NCBI GenBank assembly: GCA_002269645.1
Contig: NIVC01001677.1
Coordinates: 186,001 to 250,000, forward strand
Source of the DNA: Macrostomum lignano
Taxonomy: Eukaryota
Reading direction: 5' to 3'
Length of the DNA: 64,000 nucleotides
The position numbers and the translations under genes were made by a program. Below are positions 27,401 to 37,658 of the stretch, one piece after another; position 1 is the stretch's first letter, and every line of letters begins with the position of its first letter. The notes under the pieces are model-generated. The model worked only from the letters and a program-made list of their open reading frames with translations. It had not been told where the DNA came from and did no database searches.

Positions 27401-30400
27401 GGGCAAACGAACGGTTTTATTGATCAACCCACAGGGTCGCCTACTCACCGGCGGTCATCAGCTCCGGCTTCGAGAGCACGCCTCCATGGTGGCAGCGGGC
27501 CAGCAGCGGGCCTCTCTCGCCACCAGCTTGGACTCCATCAAGCAGGCCAAGTCTCTGCCCTGCGTGACCGGCTTGTTCCGCCTGCTCCCGCAAAGTGCTC
27601 GGCCAATCGACGCTCCGGACTACACCAGCGGCTACTATCGCTCTGAGGAGTGCCGGCCAACGGACGCTGAGCTGCGAGTATTTCGCGAGCACGACAGATA
27701 CGAGAGCTACCCGGAGACGTTCGCCCCGTTGGTTAACTATGTGCAGAGCCAGGACACTGTGAAAGTGGCCGCCAATGACTATAACCAGGTGTGTTGCAAC
27801 TCTGTTGATTATCCCTGTCACTCTGTTGATTACTCTTGTCACTCTGTTGATTATCCTTGTCACTCTGTTAAATAATCTTGTCACTCTGTTGATTATCCTT
27901 GTCACTTTGTTGATTATCCTTGGCACTCTGTTGATTACTCTTGTCACTCTGTTGATTATCCTTGTCACTCTGTTGATTACTCTTGTCACTCTGTTGATTA
28001 TCCTTGTCACTCTGTTGATTACTCTTGTCACTCTGTTGATTACTCTTGTCATCTGTTGATTACTCTTGTCACTCTGTTGATTAATCTTGTCACTTTACTG
28101 TTCATTGATCTTGTCACTCCACTGTTCATTGATCTTGTCACTCTACTGTTCATTGATCTTGTCACTCTTCTGTTGATTAATCTTGTCACTCTTTTTGATC
28201 AATAATCTTGTCACTCTTCTGTTGATTAATCTTGTCACTCTTTTTGATCAATAATCTTGTCACTCTTTCGATGATTAATCTCGTCACTCTTGTCATGATT
28301 AATCTTGTCACTCTTGTCATGATTAATCTTGTCACTCTACTGTTGATCAATCTTGTCTCTCTAATAAATATTCTTGATGTTACTCCAACAAAAGGTGATG
28401 GCCTACGTTCCGACTCGAATGGACCCGGCAAGGTGCCTGCCGCCCAACACGGCCCCGAGAGCAATGCCGCAGGAGCTGCACTTTCACTATCGGGACTTGT
28501 CCGGCGCCTTCGTCCGGCTTGAGGCCGCCTACGGATTGCCGAAGCCAAATTCGGCGGCTTCGGCTGATCTCATTTTTGGCGTTCTCATGACCATCGTCGG
28601 GGCCAAGAAGCTGGAATCCTTGCCTAGCAAAGCTCTGGGCATCGGCTTTGATACCATGGCCGTGTTTGTGCAGTCTGGTAGGGGCTGGGGTGACCTACTA
28701 ACCTACAATGTCTAGTAGGGCTGGAGTGACCTACTAACCCTACACTGTCTAGTAGGGCTGGGGTGACCTACTAACCCTACACTGTCTAGTAGGGCTGGGG
28801 TGACTGTCTGGTGGACACTGTCTAGTAGGGTAGGGGTGACTGTCTGGTAGACACTGTCTAGTAGGGTTGGGGTGACTGTCTGGTGGACACTGTCTAGTAG
28901 GGTTGGGGTGACTGTCTGGTAGACACTGTCTAGTAGGGCTGGGGTGGCTGTCTGGTAGACACTGTCTAGTAGGGCTGGGGTGACTGTCTGGTGGACACTG
29001 TCTAGTAGGGTTGGGGTGACTGTCTGGTAGACACTGTCTAGTAGGGTTGGGGTGACTGTCTGGTGGACACTGGCTAGTAGGGTTGGGGTGACTGTCTGGT
29101 GGACACTGTCTAGTAGGGCTTGGGGTGGCTGTCTGGTAGACACTGTCTAGTAGGGCTGAGGCGACTGTCTGGTAGACACTGTCTAGTAGGGCTGGGGCGA
29201 CTGTCTGGCAGTGTCTCGTAAGGGACTGCTCAGGGCCAGAAGACTCAGGTAGCCAACCCCACCTCCGCCCCACCCCAGGCGCCGGCAGGTTCACCCGCCG
29301 GGCGGAGCAGCTGAACCCGCGGTCGGACCCAGCCAACACCCTGCTTGTGCAGTTCTTCCGCCTGCCCGGAGTTGCCCATCGCGACGGCAAGCTCTTCGAG
29401 GGCGAGCAGGAAGTGACGGAGCTGAAGAAAGATCATTTTGTTGCCTGGGCCGTGTGCCCGCTGTTGAACGAGTGAGCAACTTGATATAACTGACTATTTT
29501 TGAGTATAAACAAGTGATTATTCAGTAATTTGTTCACCCACTGACTCAGGGAGTACACCTACAATGGCCGTCACCGGGTGCCCGTGTTCAGCCAGTCCGA
29601 CTTGCCGCTGACCACCAACAGAGTGCGCACCATCCGCTCTCGGGGCCTGGCTGGCGCGCTCAAGGTTGACGGCGCGCTGGCCACCCATGTGGTACGCTTG
29701 GGGCGATTCTGGGGGGCGATTCTGGGGGGCGATTCTTGGGGGGCGATTCTGGGGGGGGCGATTCTTTGAGGCGATTTTGGGGGGGCGATTCTTGGAGGCC
29801 ATTCTTAGGGGTGATTCTTGGGAGGGATTCTTGGGGGGGATTCTCAGGGGGATTCTTAGGGGGATTATTGGGGGGGGATTCTTAGGAAGATTCCTTGGGG
29901 GGATTCTTGGGCGGGGATTCTTGGGGGGTTCTTGGGAGGGGGGTCGAAGCTTGGGAAGGGGCGATTCTTGGGAAGGGGCGATTCTTGGGAAGGGGCGATT
30001 CTTGGGGGGGGGCGATTCTTGGGGGGGCGATTCTTGGGGGGGCGATTCTTGGGGGGCGATTCTTGGAAGGGGCGATTCTTGGGGGGGGCGCTTCTTGGAA
30101 GGGGCGATTCTTGGGAAGGGTCGATTCTTGGGGGGGCGATTCTTGGGGGGGGCGATTCTTGGGAAGGGGCGATTCTTGGGGGCGATTCTTGGGAAGGGGC
30201 AATTCTTGGGGGCGATTCTTGGGAAGGGGCGATTCTTGGGGGGGGGCGCTTCTTGGAAGGGGCGATTCTTGGGGGGGGGCGATTCTTGGGAAGGGGTGAT
30301 TCTTGGGAAGGGTCGATTCTTGGGGGGAGCGATTCTTGTGAAGGGGCGATTCTTAGGGGGGGGCGATTCTTGGGGGGGGGCGATTCTTGGGAGGGGCTAT

Positions 30401-32288
30401 TCTTGGGAAGGGGCGATTCTTGGGAAGGGGCGATTCTTGGGAAGGGGCGATTCTTGGGAAGGGGCGATTCTTGGGAAGGGTCGATTCTTGGGGGGGGGGA
30501 GATTCTTGGGAAGGGGCGATTCTTGGGAAGGGGCGATTCTTGGGGGCGATTCTTGGGAAGGGGCGATTCTTGGGGGCGATTCTTGGGAAGGGGCTATTCT
30601 TGGGAAGGGCTATTCTTGGGAAGGGGCGATTCTTGGGAAGGGGCGATTCTTGGGGGCGATTCTTGGGAAGGGGCGATTCTTGGGGGCGATTCTTGGGAAG
30701 GGGCGATTCTTGGGGGCGATTCTTGGGAAGGGGCGATTCTTGGGAAGGGGCGATTTTCATGGGTAGCAATTTTGGGAGCAATTCTTGGAGGCGATTGTTG
30801 AGGGGGGTGATTTCTCGGGGCGATTTTTCGGTGGGCGATTACCGGAGGTAATTTTTCGTTGGGGTGATTTTCGACGGGCTGAGCGTAGCGGATTTTTGGC
30901 GGAATGATTCCGAAAGAATTCCGGCACTCAGAAAGGATGTTGGCTCTCGGAAGTTCCCAACTAAAATTTATCATTTTTCTGAGCAAATATTTAACTGCTT
31001 TGTGACAACAGGCAACCAGCAGCGCTCTGCTATCGGTGGTCGACGGTCACCTGAGCTACAAGGAGGCTCCAGACAACGCAAAGGTATGCGCAGAGCTTCT
31101 GGCCTCTCCTTATTGAATTAGCAGTGTAATTAAAACGATTCGAACCCCCGCCCACAAACAGATTCACACCTCTGTTTACGAGCACCTGCCCAAGACCACA
31201 GCGGCTGACTATCAGCCTGCGATCGACTCTGCTCAACTTGAGCAGTCCAGTTTCGGTCAGAATTGTCAGGAAGCCATCGACAATGCGATTGTGAGATTCC
31301 TGCTGAATATCCTACTGAGCACTCTACCTCTCCCTGCCTCCCACTCTGCACCCTACCTCTCCCTGCCTCCCACTCTGCACCCTACCTCTCCCTGCCTCCC
31401 ACTCTGCACCCTACCTCTCACTGCCTCCCACTCTGCACCCTACCTCTCCCTGCCTCCCACTCTGCACCCTACCTCTCCCTGTCTCCCTCTCTGCACCCTA
31501 CCTCTCCCTGCCTCCCACTCTGCACCCTACCTCTCCTTGCCTCCTTCTCTGCATCCTACCTCTCCCTGCTTCCCTCTCTGCATCCCACCTCTCCCTGCCT
31601 ACCTCTCCCTGCCTCCCACTCTGCACTCTACCTGTCTCCCTCTCTGCACCCTACCTCTCCCTGCATCCCACTCTGCACCCTACCTCTCCCTGGCTCCCAC
31701 TCTGCACCCTACCTCTCCCTGGCTCCCACTCTGCATCCTACCTCTCCCTGCCTCCCACTCTGCACCCTACCTCTCCCTGTCTCCCTCTCTGCACCCTACC
31801 TCTCCCTGTCTCCCTCTCTGCACCCTACCTCTCCCTGTCTCCCTCTCTGCACCCTACCTCTCACTGCCTCCCACTCTGCACCCTACCTCTCCCTGCCTCC
31901 CACTCTGCACCCTACCTCTCCCTGCCTCCTTCTCTGCACCCTACCTCTCCCTGCCTCCCACTCTGCACCCTACCTCTCCCTGTCTCCCACTCTGCACCCT
32001 ACCTCTCCCTGCCTCCCACTCTGCACCCTACCTCTCCCTGGTTCCCACTCTGTATCCTACCTCTCCCTGTCTCCCTCTCTGCACCCTACCTCTCCCTGCC
32101 TCCCACTCTGCACCCTACCTCTCCCTGCCTCCCTCTCACTGCCTCCCACTCTGCACCCTACTCCACCGTCTCCCTGATTAAATAAGGATAAATTCCCGAA
32201 CGCTGAGTCCATAATTAACAAATCGTAAACATATTTTCAGAGCGGCACAAAGCGCAATCAGTACCAGCCTCTGTTTGTGCCTGCTTAA
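4505..32288 (+). CDS. Multi-exon gene, >=1166 aa: divergent TBC (Rab-GAP-like) region, Pro-rich linkers and C2-like beta modules; 5' end not identified
   Basis: Exons (AG/GT bounded, all phases compatible): 4505-4748, 6270-6393, 8449-8623, 13046-13368, 16752-17168, 22710-22983, 23581-23736, 25044-25209, 25835-25991, 26580-26825, 27435-27788, 28395-28677, 29279-29471, 29550-29691, 31012-31083, 31162-31290, 32241-32288 (stop TAA). TBC-like motifs: GRRLPQALRQFVW, RVLNVLYVY, DPEFHAHL, FLRKW, MFYWDQCFL. Later motifs: PFDVYIDQIRY, LVIRVYT...VVVGTCVLPIF, GGHQLRL, VAWAVCPL. The exon structure is well supported; domain names are inference. Confidence 0.8.
4768..5281. repeat. Intronic composite minisatellite (core ggctttatgagcctgatgtctatggcctgggtgg)
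   Basis: Tandem copies start ~20 nt after the donor at 4749. Confidence 0.9.
5866..5983. repeat. 15-bp minisatellite, 4x gtgctggcgcccctg then 4x gtgctaaagcccctg
   Basis: Directly visible. Confidence 0.9.
6720..7265. repeat. CT-rich low-complexity tract
   Basis: ctctcccct-type repeats. Confidence 0.85.
7865..8400. repeat. 21/25-bp minisatellite tagttgatttcgggtgtgggt
   Basis: Tandem copies ending ~50 nt before the acceptor at 8448. Confidence 0.92.
8680..9336. repeat. ~22-bp minisatellite aatgaggcgccatgaggtgagc
   Basis: Tandem copies downstream of the donor at 8624. Confidence 0.92.
9905..10630. repeat. AG-rich minisatellite (gagagtagagatg core)
   Basis: Directly visible. Confidence 0.85.
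11385..11940. repeat. Composite minisatellite built on gtacacatg
   Basis: Repeated tgtacacatg(ac/gt) units with higher-order duplication. Confidence 0.85.
12519..13011. repeat. 22-bp minisatellite cagacacaacagactcctatcg
   Basis: Tandem copies ending ~35 nt before the acceptor at 13045. Confidence 0.92.
13590..13917. repeat. G-rich minisatellite (ggagaggtcactggagg)
   Basis: Directly visible. Confidence 0.8.
14400..15460. repeat. CT-rich low-complexity/minisatellite tract
   Basis: ctcttctctcccct units. Confidence 0.9.
16085..16650. repeat. GA-rich 12-bp repeat (ggatggggagga)
   Basis: Directly visible; explains the MGRR and P/H-rich ORFs. Confidence 0.88.
17207..17652. repeat. ~50-bp minisatellite cgatacatatcggtagtctaccagcatacaattgttgctaaaacaaaactt; relic copies at ~22438-22572
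   Basis: About 8 tandem copies right after the donor at 17169; the same unit reappears near the 3' end of the same intron. Confidence 0.88.
17765..18050 (-). mobile_element. tRNA-derived SINE with CORE-like central domain (copy A, CpG-intact)
   Basis: Minus strand: tRNA-like head with A box TAGCCTAGTGG and B box GGTTCGATTCC, then TGTGTCCTTAAGCAAGAGACACTTAAC...CTTCAGTTCACCCAGCTGTAAAATGGG, resembling the MIR/CORE-SINE core. A homologous copy lies at ~53915-54150. Confidence 0.8.
18457..18681. repeat. 25-bp tandem array (9 copies) whose last copy is the lectin C-terminus and stop codon
   Basis: Unit actcagcccctgaccagcttgaccc at 18457, 18482 ... 18657; on the minus strand it reads WVKLVRG*. Confidence 0.92.
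18659..19408 (-). CDS. Secreted C-type lectin domain + PAN/apple-like domain protein (249 aa), intronless, nested antisense in an intron of gene 1
   Basis: Signal peptide MHLTVLSAIWSAVFLLAIGPVMS; CTLD motifs CP..F, CLL, W..A..RC..LGGEL, MWTGL, W..GEPSD..QNC, LGDRAC..LLGFVCQ; then a Cys-patterned module CHEE...SLKACLIRASLCGSRCCSALYN....CRL. Confidence 0.85.
   Translation of the reverse strand: MHLTVLSAIWSAVFLLAIGPVMSDQNCPAPFQLHSATRLCLLIESSESYSWCSANRRCDELGGELISSPESIVALLASNLVDNITVDMWTGLTDLGYEVGKNRTGWQRVNGGGEFPRNDSLWCCGEPSDGYQQNCIRFATNRGLGDRACSHLLGFVCQFVKPPAANKSAGYWTPAEFKRTRNDTYYCHEELQPVHSLKACLIRASLCGSRCCSALYNSRLAACRLLQFADAPVDPEIESSPDWVKLVRG
19875..22240. repeat. 24-bp minisatellite ttgcactagctgagacatagataa, split into 19875-20257 and 22053-22240 by a TIR element
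   Basis: The same unit in the same orientation lies on both sides of the insertion. Confidence 0.92.
20258..22052. mobile_element. Non-autonomous DNA transposon (1795 bp), 34-bp perfect TIRs with CCC...GGG ends and TA flanks
   Basis: Left end cccggcggtaaaaatcacgtcgaaatgacgtcga; exact reverse complement ending at 22052; TA at 20256-7 and 22053-4; multiple subterminal cgacgtcg palindromes; no transposase ORF seen. Confidence 0.88.
22996..23535. repeat. 16-bp minisatellite ttgagcactctgggga
   Basis: Fills almost the entire intron 22984-23580. Confidence 0.92.
23830..24326. repeat. 18-bp minisatellite gatcaggatgggaaatgg
   Basis: Directly visible. Confidence 0.9.
24568..24977. repeat. 34-35-bp minisatellite aatgatgggatctctaattagggattcatacct(t)g
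   Basis: Directly visible. Confidence 0.9.
25221..25690. repeat. 12-bp minisatellite ttgactccccca
   Basis: Begins ~10 nt after the donor at 25210. Confidence 0.9.
26030..26520. repeat. ~36-bp minisatellite ttgacctcagtatctaaatagattgactgacctcag
   Basis: Directly visible. Confidence 0.88.
26843..27376. repeat. 30-bp minisatellite gtgcagtctggtaggttctggtagatttga
   Basis: Fills the intron 26826-27434. Confidence 0.9.
27800..28350. repeat. 21-bp minisatellite cttgtcactctgttgattatc
   Basis: Fills the intron 27789-28394. Confidence 0.9.
28690..29210. repeat. 36-bp minisatellite tgtctagtagggttggggtgactgtctggtggacac
   Basis: Fills the intron 28678-29278. Confidence 0.9.
29697..30760. repeat. G-rich 16-17-bp minisatellite ggggcgattcttgggaa
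   Basis: Starts ~5 nt after the donor at 29692. Confidence 0.92.
31320..32170. repeat. 29-bp C-rich minisatellite ctctgcaccctacctctccctgcctccca
   Basis: Fills the last intron, 31291-32240. Confidence 0.92.
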
Positions 32289-32869
32289 ACCGGGATCAAA
32301 GAAGATTGCAGGACATTTGCACTTTGAGTTTCACACTGATTTTAACATTTGTTATACTGATTCACTTCTCTTTACTTCTTTCTCGCGTCACAGGTCGTTT
32401 TTTAACACTTATAATGCACCTTTTTTATATCGCATAATTATTAATGTTTATTTCCAGTTATTTATTTCGATTTTAAATACTTGATATTTAAATACTTTTT
32501 TTAAATTACTATCCAGAATCTTCTGTGTATTTTCTGTCAAAATATTCAAAATAGAAAATAAAATAGAAAGCGTGTTGAATTTTCCGTAACATTTAAAGGT
32601 CTGAAACTTGTTAGGTGGTAAAAATATGGAATTTTTTCTTTTAAACATTATTTAATGAGCATTAGCTAGCACGAGAAATAAAAAAGTTTTCTCGTAATAT
32701 GAAATAATTTATATCGTTTGCAATAAGTACATTTGAGGTATGAAACAGAAAAAATGAACTAAATAATATTAATAATAAAAATCTTCATAACAATAAGAAA
32801 CTGAATAAAGCTAAAATTATGTACAATTGGAATAATTTTATGGTCCACGCGGTTGACAAAACCGTAGCG

Positions 32870-33290
32870 ACTGTGACCTTGAAAATCCGGGGTGATCATC
32901 AATCGTGACCTTGAGAATCTTGGGGATCCCCAATCGTGACCTTGAGAATCTGGGGGAGCTCGCCAATCGTGACCTTTAAGAACTATGTGTATCCCTAATC
33001 CTGACCTTGAGAATCTTGGGGATCCCCAATCGTGACCTTGAGAATCTGGGTGGAAAGATCACCAATTGTGACCTTAGAGAATCCCCAGGTCGTGACCTTA
33101 AGAATCTTGGGGATCCCCACTCGTGATTTTGAGAATCATTTGGATTCCCAATCGTGACCTTGAGAATCTGGGTGGAAAGATCGCCAATCGTGACCTTGAT
33201 AATCATGGATATCCCTAATCCTAACCTTAAGAATCTTGGGGATTCCCAATTGTGACCTTGAGAATCTGGAGGACCCCCAACCGCGGCCTT
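32870..33290. repeat. ~33-bp degenerate minisatellite aatcgtgaccttgagaatctgggggatcccc
   Basis: Lies between the convergent 3' ends of gene 1 and the mucin. Confidence 0.8.
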
Positions 33291-33390
33291 GAGAAAACTG
33301 GAGCGATCACGAACCGTATGAACAATCCTGGCCGTAAAAACCATTTGGGGCTTGTAACTAAAAACTCTCATGCTTTAAAATATTCTCAAA

Positions 33391-36300
33391 TCAAAGCGCA
33401 GCAGCAGCACCGCTTCGATTCCACCGCCACCCGTCGCCGCGAATTCTCGCATTCCTCGCCCGCATCCGAGCTCTGTGCCGCTGGATGCCTCCTTCAACTA
33501 CTCGATTCAAAGCGGCCAGCTGTGGATTCTTGACACTTCTTGGCGGCCCCCGTCTGGCCGTTGGCTGCCGGGGTCTGGCTGACCAGCGCAGCTGATTGGC
33601 GCCGGTTCCAGCTGCCGTCACCGACATTGGAACAGCAACAGCACCCGCGATCGCGACTGTGTCGTCTTCTACCGCGTCAGCGTCGTTAGCAACCGTTTCT
33701 ATAGCAACAGAGTTGACGACTGCTTCGGGCGATACAGTGGCGGTTGACTTCGAGTTGCACAGCAGAATTATGGGCCTGGCGATTGTGCACCAGCAAATGC
33801 AAGACAGCACGGTGGCTGACAGCAGTGCAAGGGAAGCTGCGGTAAGTGCTTGGACAAGCGATGGAGGGGAGCTTGGGACGCTGGCAGGGGAATTTTGCGG
33901 TTCTGATGTTGCCGGCTGGGCTGTTGCTTGTTGCTCCGTTGTTTGTATATTTGGTGTTGCTTTTGACTGTGTTTGCGATGTTTGTGAGGTTATTGGTTGT
34001 GACGTTGGCTGTACTGATGTGAGTTGCAATGCTGTTGAGTGTGCTGTTGTTGGTTGTGCTGTTGTTGGTTGTGCTGTTGTTGGTTGTGCTGTTGTTGGTT
34101 GTGCTGTTGTTGGTTGTGCTGTTGTTGGTTGCGATGTTGTTGGTTGCGATGTTGTTGGTTGTGCTGTTGTTGGTTGCGCTGTTGTTGGTTGCGATGTTGT
34201 TGGTTGTGCTGTTGTTGGTTGCGCTGTTGTTGGTTGCGATGTTGTTGGTTGTGCTGTTGTTGGTTGCGCTGTTGTTGGTTGCGCTGTTGTTGGTTGTGCT
34301 GTTGTTGGTTGTGCTGTTGTTGGTTGAGCTGTTGTTGGTTGTGCTGTTGTTGGTTGTGCTGTTGTTGGTTGCGCTGTTGTTGGTTGTGCTGTTGTTGGTT
34401 GTGCTGTTGTTGGTTGCGATGTTGTTGGTTGCGCTGTTGTTGGTTGCGCTGTTGTTGGTTGCGATGTTGTTGGTTGTGCTGTTGTTGGTTGTGCTGTTGT
34501 TGGTTGAGCTGTTGTTGGTTGTGCTGTTGTTGGTTGTGCTGTTGTTGGTTGCGCTGTTGTTGGTTGTGCTGTTGTTGGTTGTGCTGTTGTTGGTTGCGAT
34601 GTTGTTGGTTGCGCTGTTGTTGGTTGTGCTGTTGTTGGTTGCGCTGTTGTTGGTTGCGATGTTGTTGGTTGTGCTGTTGTTGGTTGCGCTGTTGTTGGTT
34701 GTGCTGTTGTTGGTTGTGCTGTTGTTGGTTGTGCTGTTGTTGGTTGTGCTGTTGTTGGTTGTGCTGTTGTTGGTTGTGCTGTTGTTGGTTGCGCTGTTGT
34801 TGGTTGTGCTGTTGTTGGTTGCGATGTTGTTGGTTGTGCTGTTGTTGGTTGCGATGTTGTTGGTTGTGATGTTGTTCGTTGTGATGTTGCAGGTTGTGAC
34901 GTTGTTGGTTGTGATGTCGCTGGTTGTGATGTTGTTGGTTGTGTTGCTGTTGGTTGTGATGTTGCTGGTTGTGATGTTGTTGGTTGTGTTGTTGTTGGTT
35001 GTGATGTTGTTGGTTGTGCTGTTGTTGGTTGTGCTGTTGTTGGTTGTGCTGTTGTTGGTTGTGCTGTTGTTGGTTGTGCTGTTGTTGGTTGTGCTGTTGT
35101 TGGTTGCGCTGTTGTTGGTTGTGCTGTTGTTGGTTGCGATGTTGTTGGTTGTGATGTTGTTCGTTGTGATGTTGCAGGTTGTGACGTTGTTGGTTGTGAT
35201 GTCGCTGGTTGTGATGTTGTTGGTTGTGTTGCTGTTGGTTGTGATGTTGCTGGTTGTGATGTTGTTGGTTGTGTTGTTGTTGGTTGTGATGTTGTTGGTT
35301 GTACTGTTGTTGGTTGTGATGTTGCTGGTTGTGTTGTTGCTGGTTGTGATGTTGGTTGTGATGCTGTTAGTTGCGCTGTTGTTGGTTGTGCTGTTGTTGG
35401 TTGTGATGTTGTTGGTTGTACTGCTGTTAGTTGTGATGTTGGTTGTGATGCTGTTAGTTGCGCTGTTGTTGGTTGTGCTGTTGTTGGTTGTGATGTTGTT
35501 GGTTGTACTGTTGTTGGTTGTGATGTTGCTGGTTGTGATGTTGGTTGTGATGCTGTTAGTTGCGCTGTTGTTGGTTGTGCTGTTGTTGGTTGTGATGTTG
35601 TTGGTTGTACTGTTGTTGGTTGTGTTGTTGCTGGTCGTGATGTTGGTTGGGATGTTGCTGGTTGTGATGTTGGTTGTGATGTTGTTAGTTGCGCTGTTGT
35701 TGGTTGCGGTGTTGTTGATTGTGCTGTTGTTGGTTGTGTTGTTGCTGGTTGTGATGTTGTTGGTTGTGCTGTTGTTGGTTTTGCTGTTGTTGGTTGTGAT
35801 GTTGTTGGTTGTGACGTTGTTTGTTGCGCTGTTGTTGGTTGTGATGTTGTTGGTTGTACTGTTGTTGGTTGTCTTGTTATTAATGTTTGCTTTGTTGTTG
35901 GTTGCATGGTTGGTAGTGTCGTCGATTGTTTTGTTGGTTGCATTGTTAACTGTTTGTCAGTTGTTCGCTGCGCTGTTGTTGCTATGAGTGTTATCGTTGC
36001 TCTTAATTGCTGCGTTATTGTATGTGGATCCGTTGTTCGTGACGTCGTTGATGAATCCGCTGATGCTCCTGATGTTGTTTTTAGATTTATCGTTGTTCCT
36101 GGCATTGTCAGTCGATTTGTTGTTACCCCTGTTGTTGTCAGTGGATGTGTTGCTGCCCTCGTTGTCGGTGGATCTGTTGTTGACCTCGTTGTTGTCAGTG
36201 GATCTGTTGTTGTCCTCGTTGTTGTCAGTGGATCTGTTGTTGTCCTTGTTGTTGCCAGTGGATCTGTTGTTGACCTCGTTGTTGTCAGTGGATTTGTTGT

Positions 36301-37658
36301 TGTCCTCGTTTCTGTCAGTGGATCTGTTGTTGTCCTTGTTGTTGCCAGTGGATCTGTTGTTGTCCTTGTTGTTGCCAGTGGATCTGTTGATGTCCTTGTT
36401 GTTGCCAGTGGATCTGTTGTTGACCTTGTTGTTGACAGTGGATCTGTTGTTGTCCTCGTTGTTGTCAGTGGATCTGTTGTTGTCCTCGTTGTTGACAGTG
36501 GATCTGTTGTTGTCCTCGTTGTTGTCAGTGGATCTGTTGTTGTCCTTGTTGTTGCCAGTGGATCTGTTGTTGTCCTTGTTGTTGCCAGTGGATCTGTTGT
36601 TGTCCTTGTTGTTGCCAGTGGATCTGTTGTTGACCTTGTTGTTGACAGTGGATCTGTTGTTGTCCTCGTTGTTGTCAGTGGATTTGTTGTTGTCCTCGTT
36701 GTTGTCAGTGGATCTGTTGTTGTCCTTGTTGTTGTCAGTGGATATGTTGTTTCCCCCATTGTTGTTAGCCGATCTGTTGTTTCCCCCATTGTTGTTAGCC
36801 AATCTGTTGTTTCCCCCATTGTTGTTAGCCGATCTGTTGTTTCCCCCATTGTTGTTAGCCGATCTGTTGTTTCCCCCATTGTTGTTAGCCGATCTGTCGT
36901 TGCTCCTGATGTTGTTAGTGGAGCTGCAGTGACCAGCAAATGTGTAGTCGGCGGTACTCTTAATTGCGTTTCTGCTGCTAATTGAGACGTTGTACTAAGC
37001 GCAGTATTAGATGCTGTACTGGCTACTGCAATCGGCTCATCAGTAGTATCCTTTGCGCTGGTTACGACATCCGAAATAGTTGTGGAAAATAATCCTGGAG
37101 CGTTGACAGTCGCTGGATGCAAACCACTTTCAGTAGTTGTCGGGACAGCATTATCGCGTAGAGCAGTTGTCTGTTGGGCCGTGGTGATCTGCTCTAAAAT
37201 TATGTGGAAATAATTAATACAGATATTACAGTGATATTACAGCCTTTGGCGTTATCGTTCTTCAAACAGGCTGCAGCACGCACTCGTGCACACGCTCACA
37301 CGGGGTGCACAGTGGCCCTTAGTTTAATCTGTGCTCGTGGGTGCAATCGATGGGGTCCGTGGCGCGATAAATCATTTTTTGGGGTTTCGGCCATAGACAA
37401 TTTGGACTCAAAGAAAAGCGAGATCTACATTTCTTAACACAAAAAAGGAAATGACAGATGCCTAAAGGATAGATCAGATATTTTATGCAAAGTATAACAT
37501 ACTAACGGCATCATCACTAATTACAACTATTACTCACCTGTTGACCCGGCCTCGAGAGTAGCTGGCGCAGCTGTTGCACAGTTGAAATAGGCGGCAAAGA
37601 AAACAATGAAGCCTATAATTAGTGCATTATTAGCCACTGTTGTACCTACTAATTGCAT
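33391..37658 (-). CDS. Type I membrane mucin-like protein (~1307 aa); exons 37658-37538 and 37193-33391
   Basis: Exon 1 MQLVGTTVANNALIIGFIVFFAAYFNCATAAPATLEAGST (signal peptide), GTGAGT donor in phase 1; TTTTAG acceptor in frame with the 1243-aa ORF. It has 9-aa TTDPLTTTR repeats, 5-aa QPTTA/QPTTS repeats, a hydrophobic TM segment LVQALTAASLALLSATVLSCICWCTIA and an Arg-rich tail. Confidence 0.8.

Noticed and set aside
29666-30851. Several Gly-rich ORFs (GRFLG/GDSW repeats)
   Set aside because: All frames are open because of the 16-17-bp G-rich repeat; the true exon ends at the donor at 29692.
33596-36985. Long + strand ORFs (poly-L/V, CCWL, VVG repeats)
   Set aside because: Antisense shadows of the mucin repeats; only the minus frame has a signal peptide, splice sites and a TM segment.
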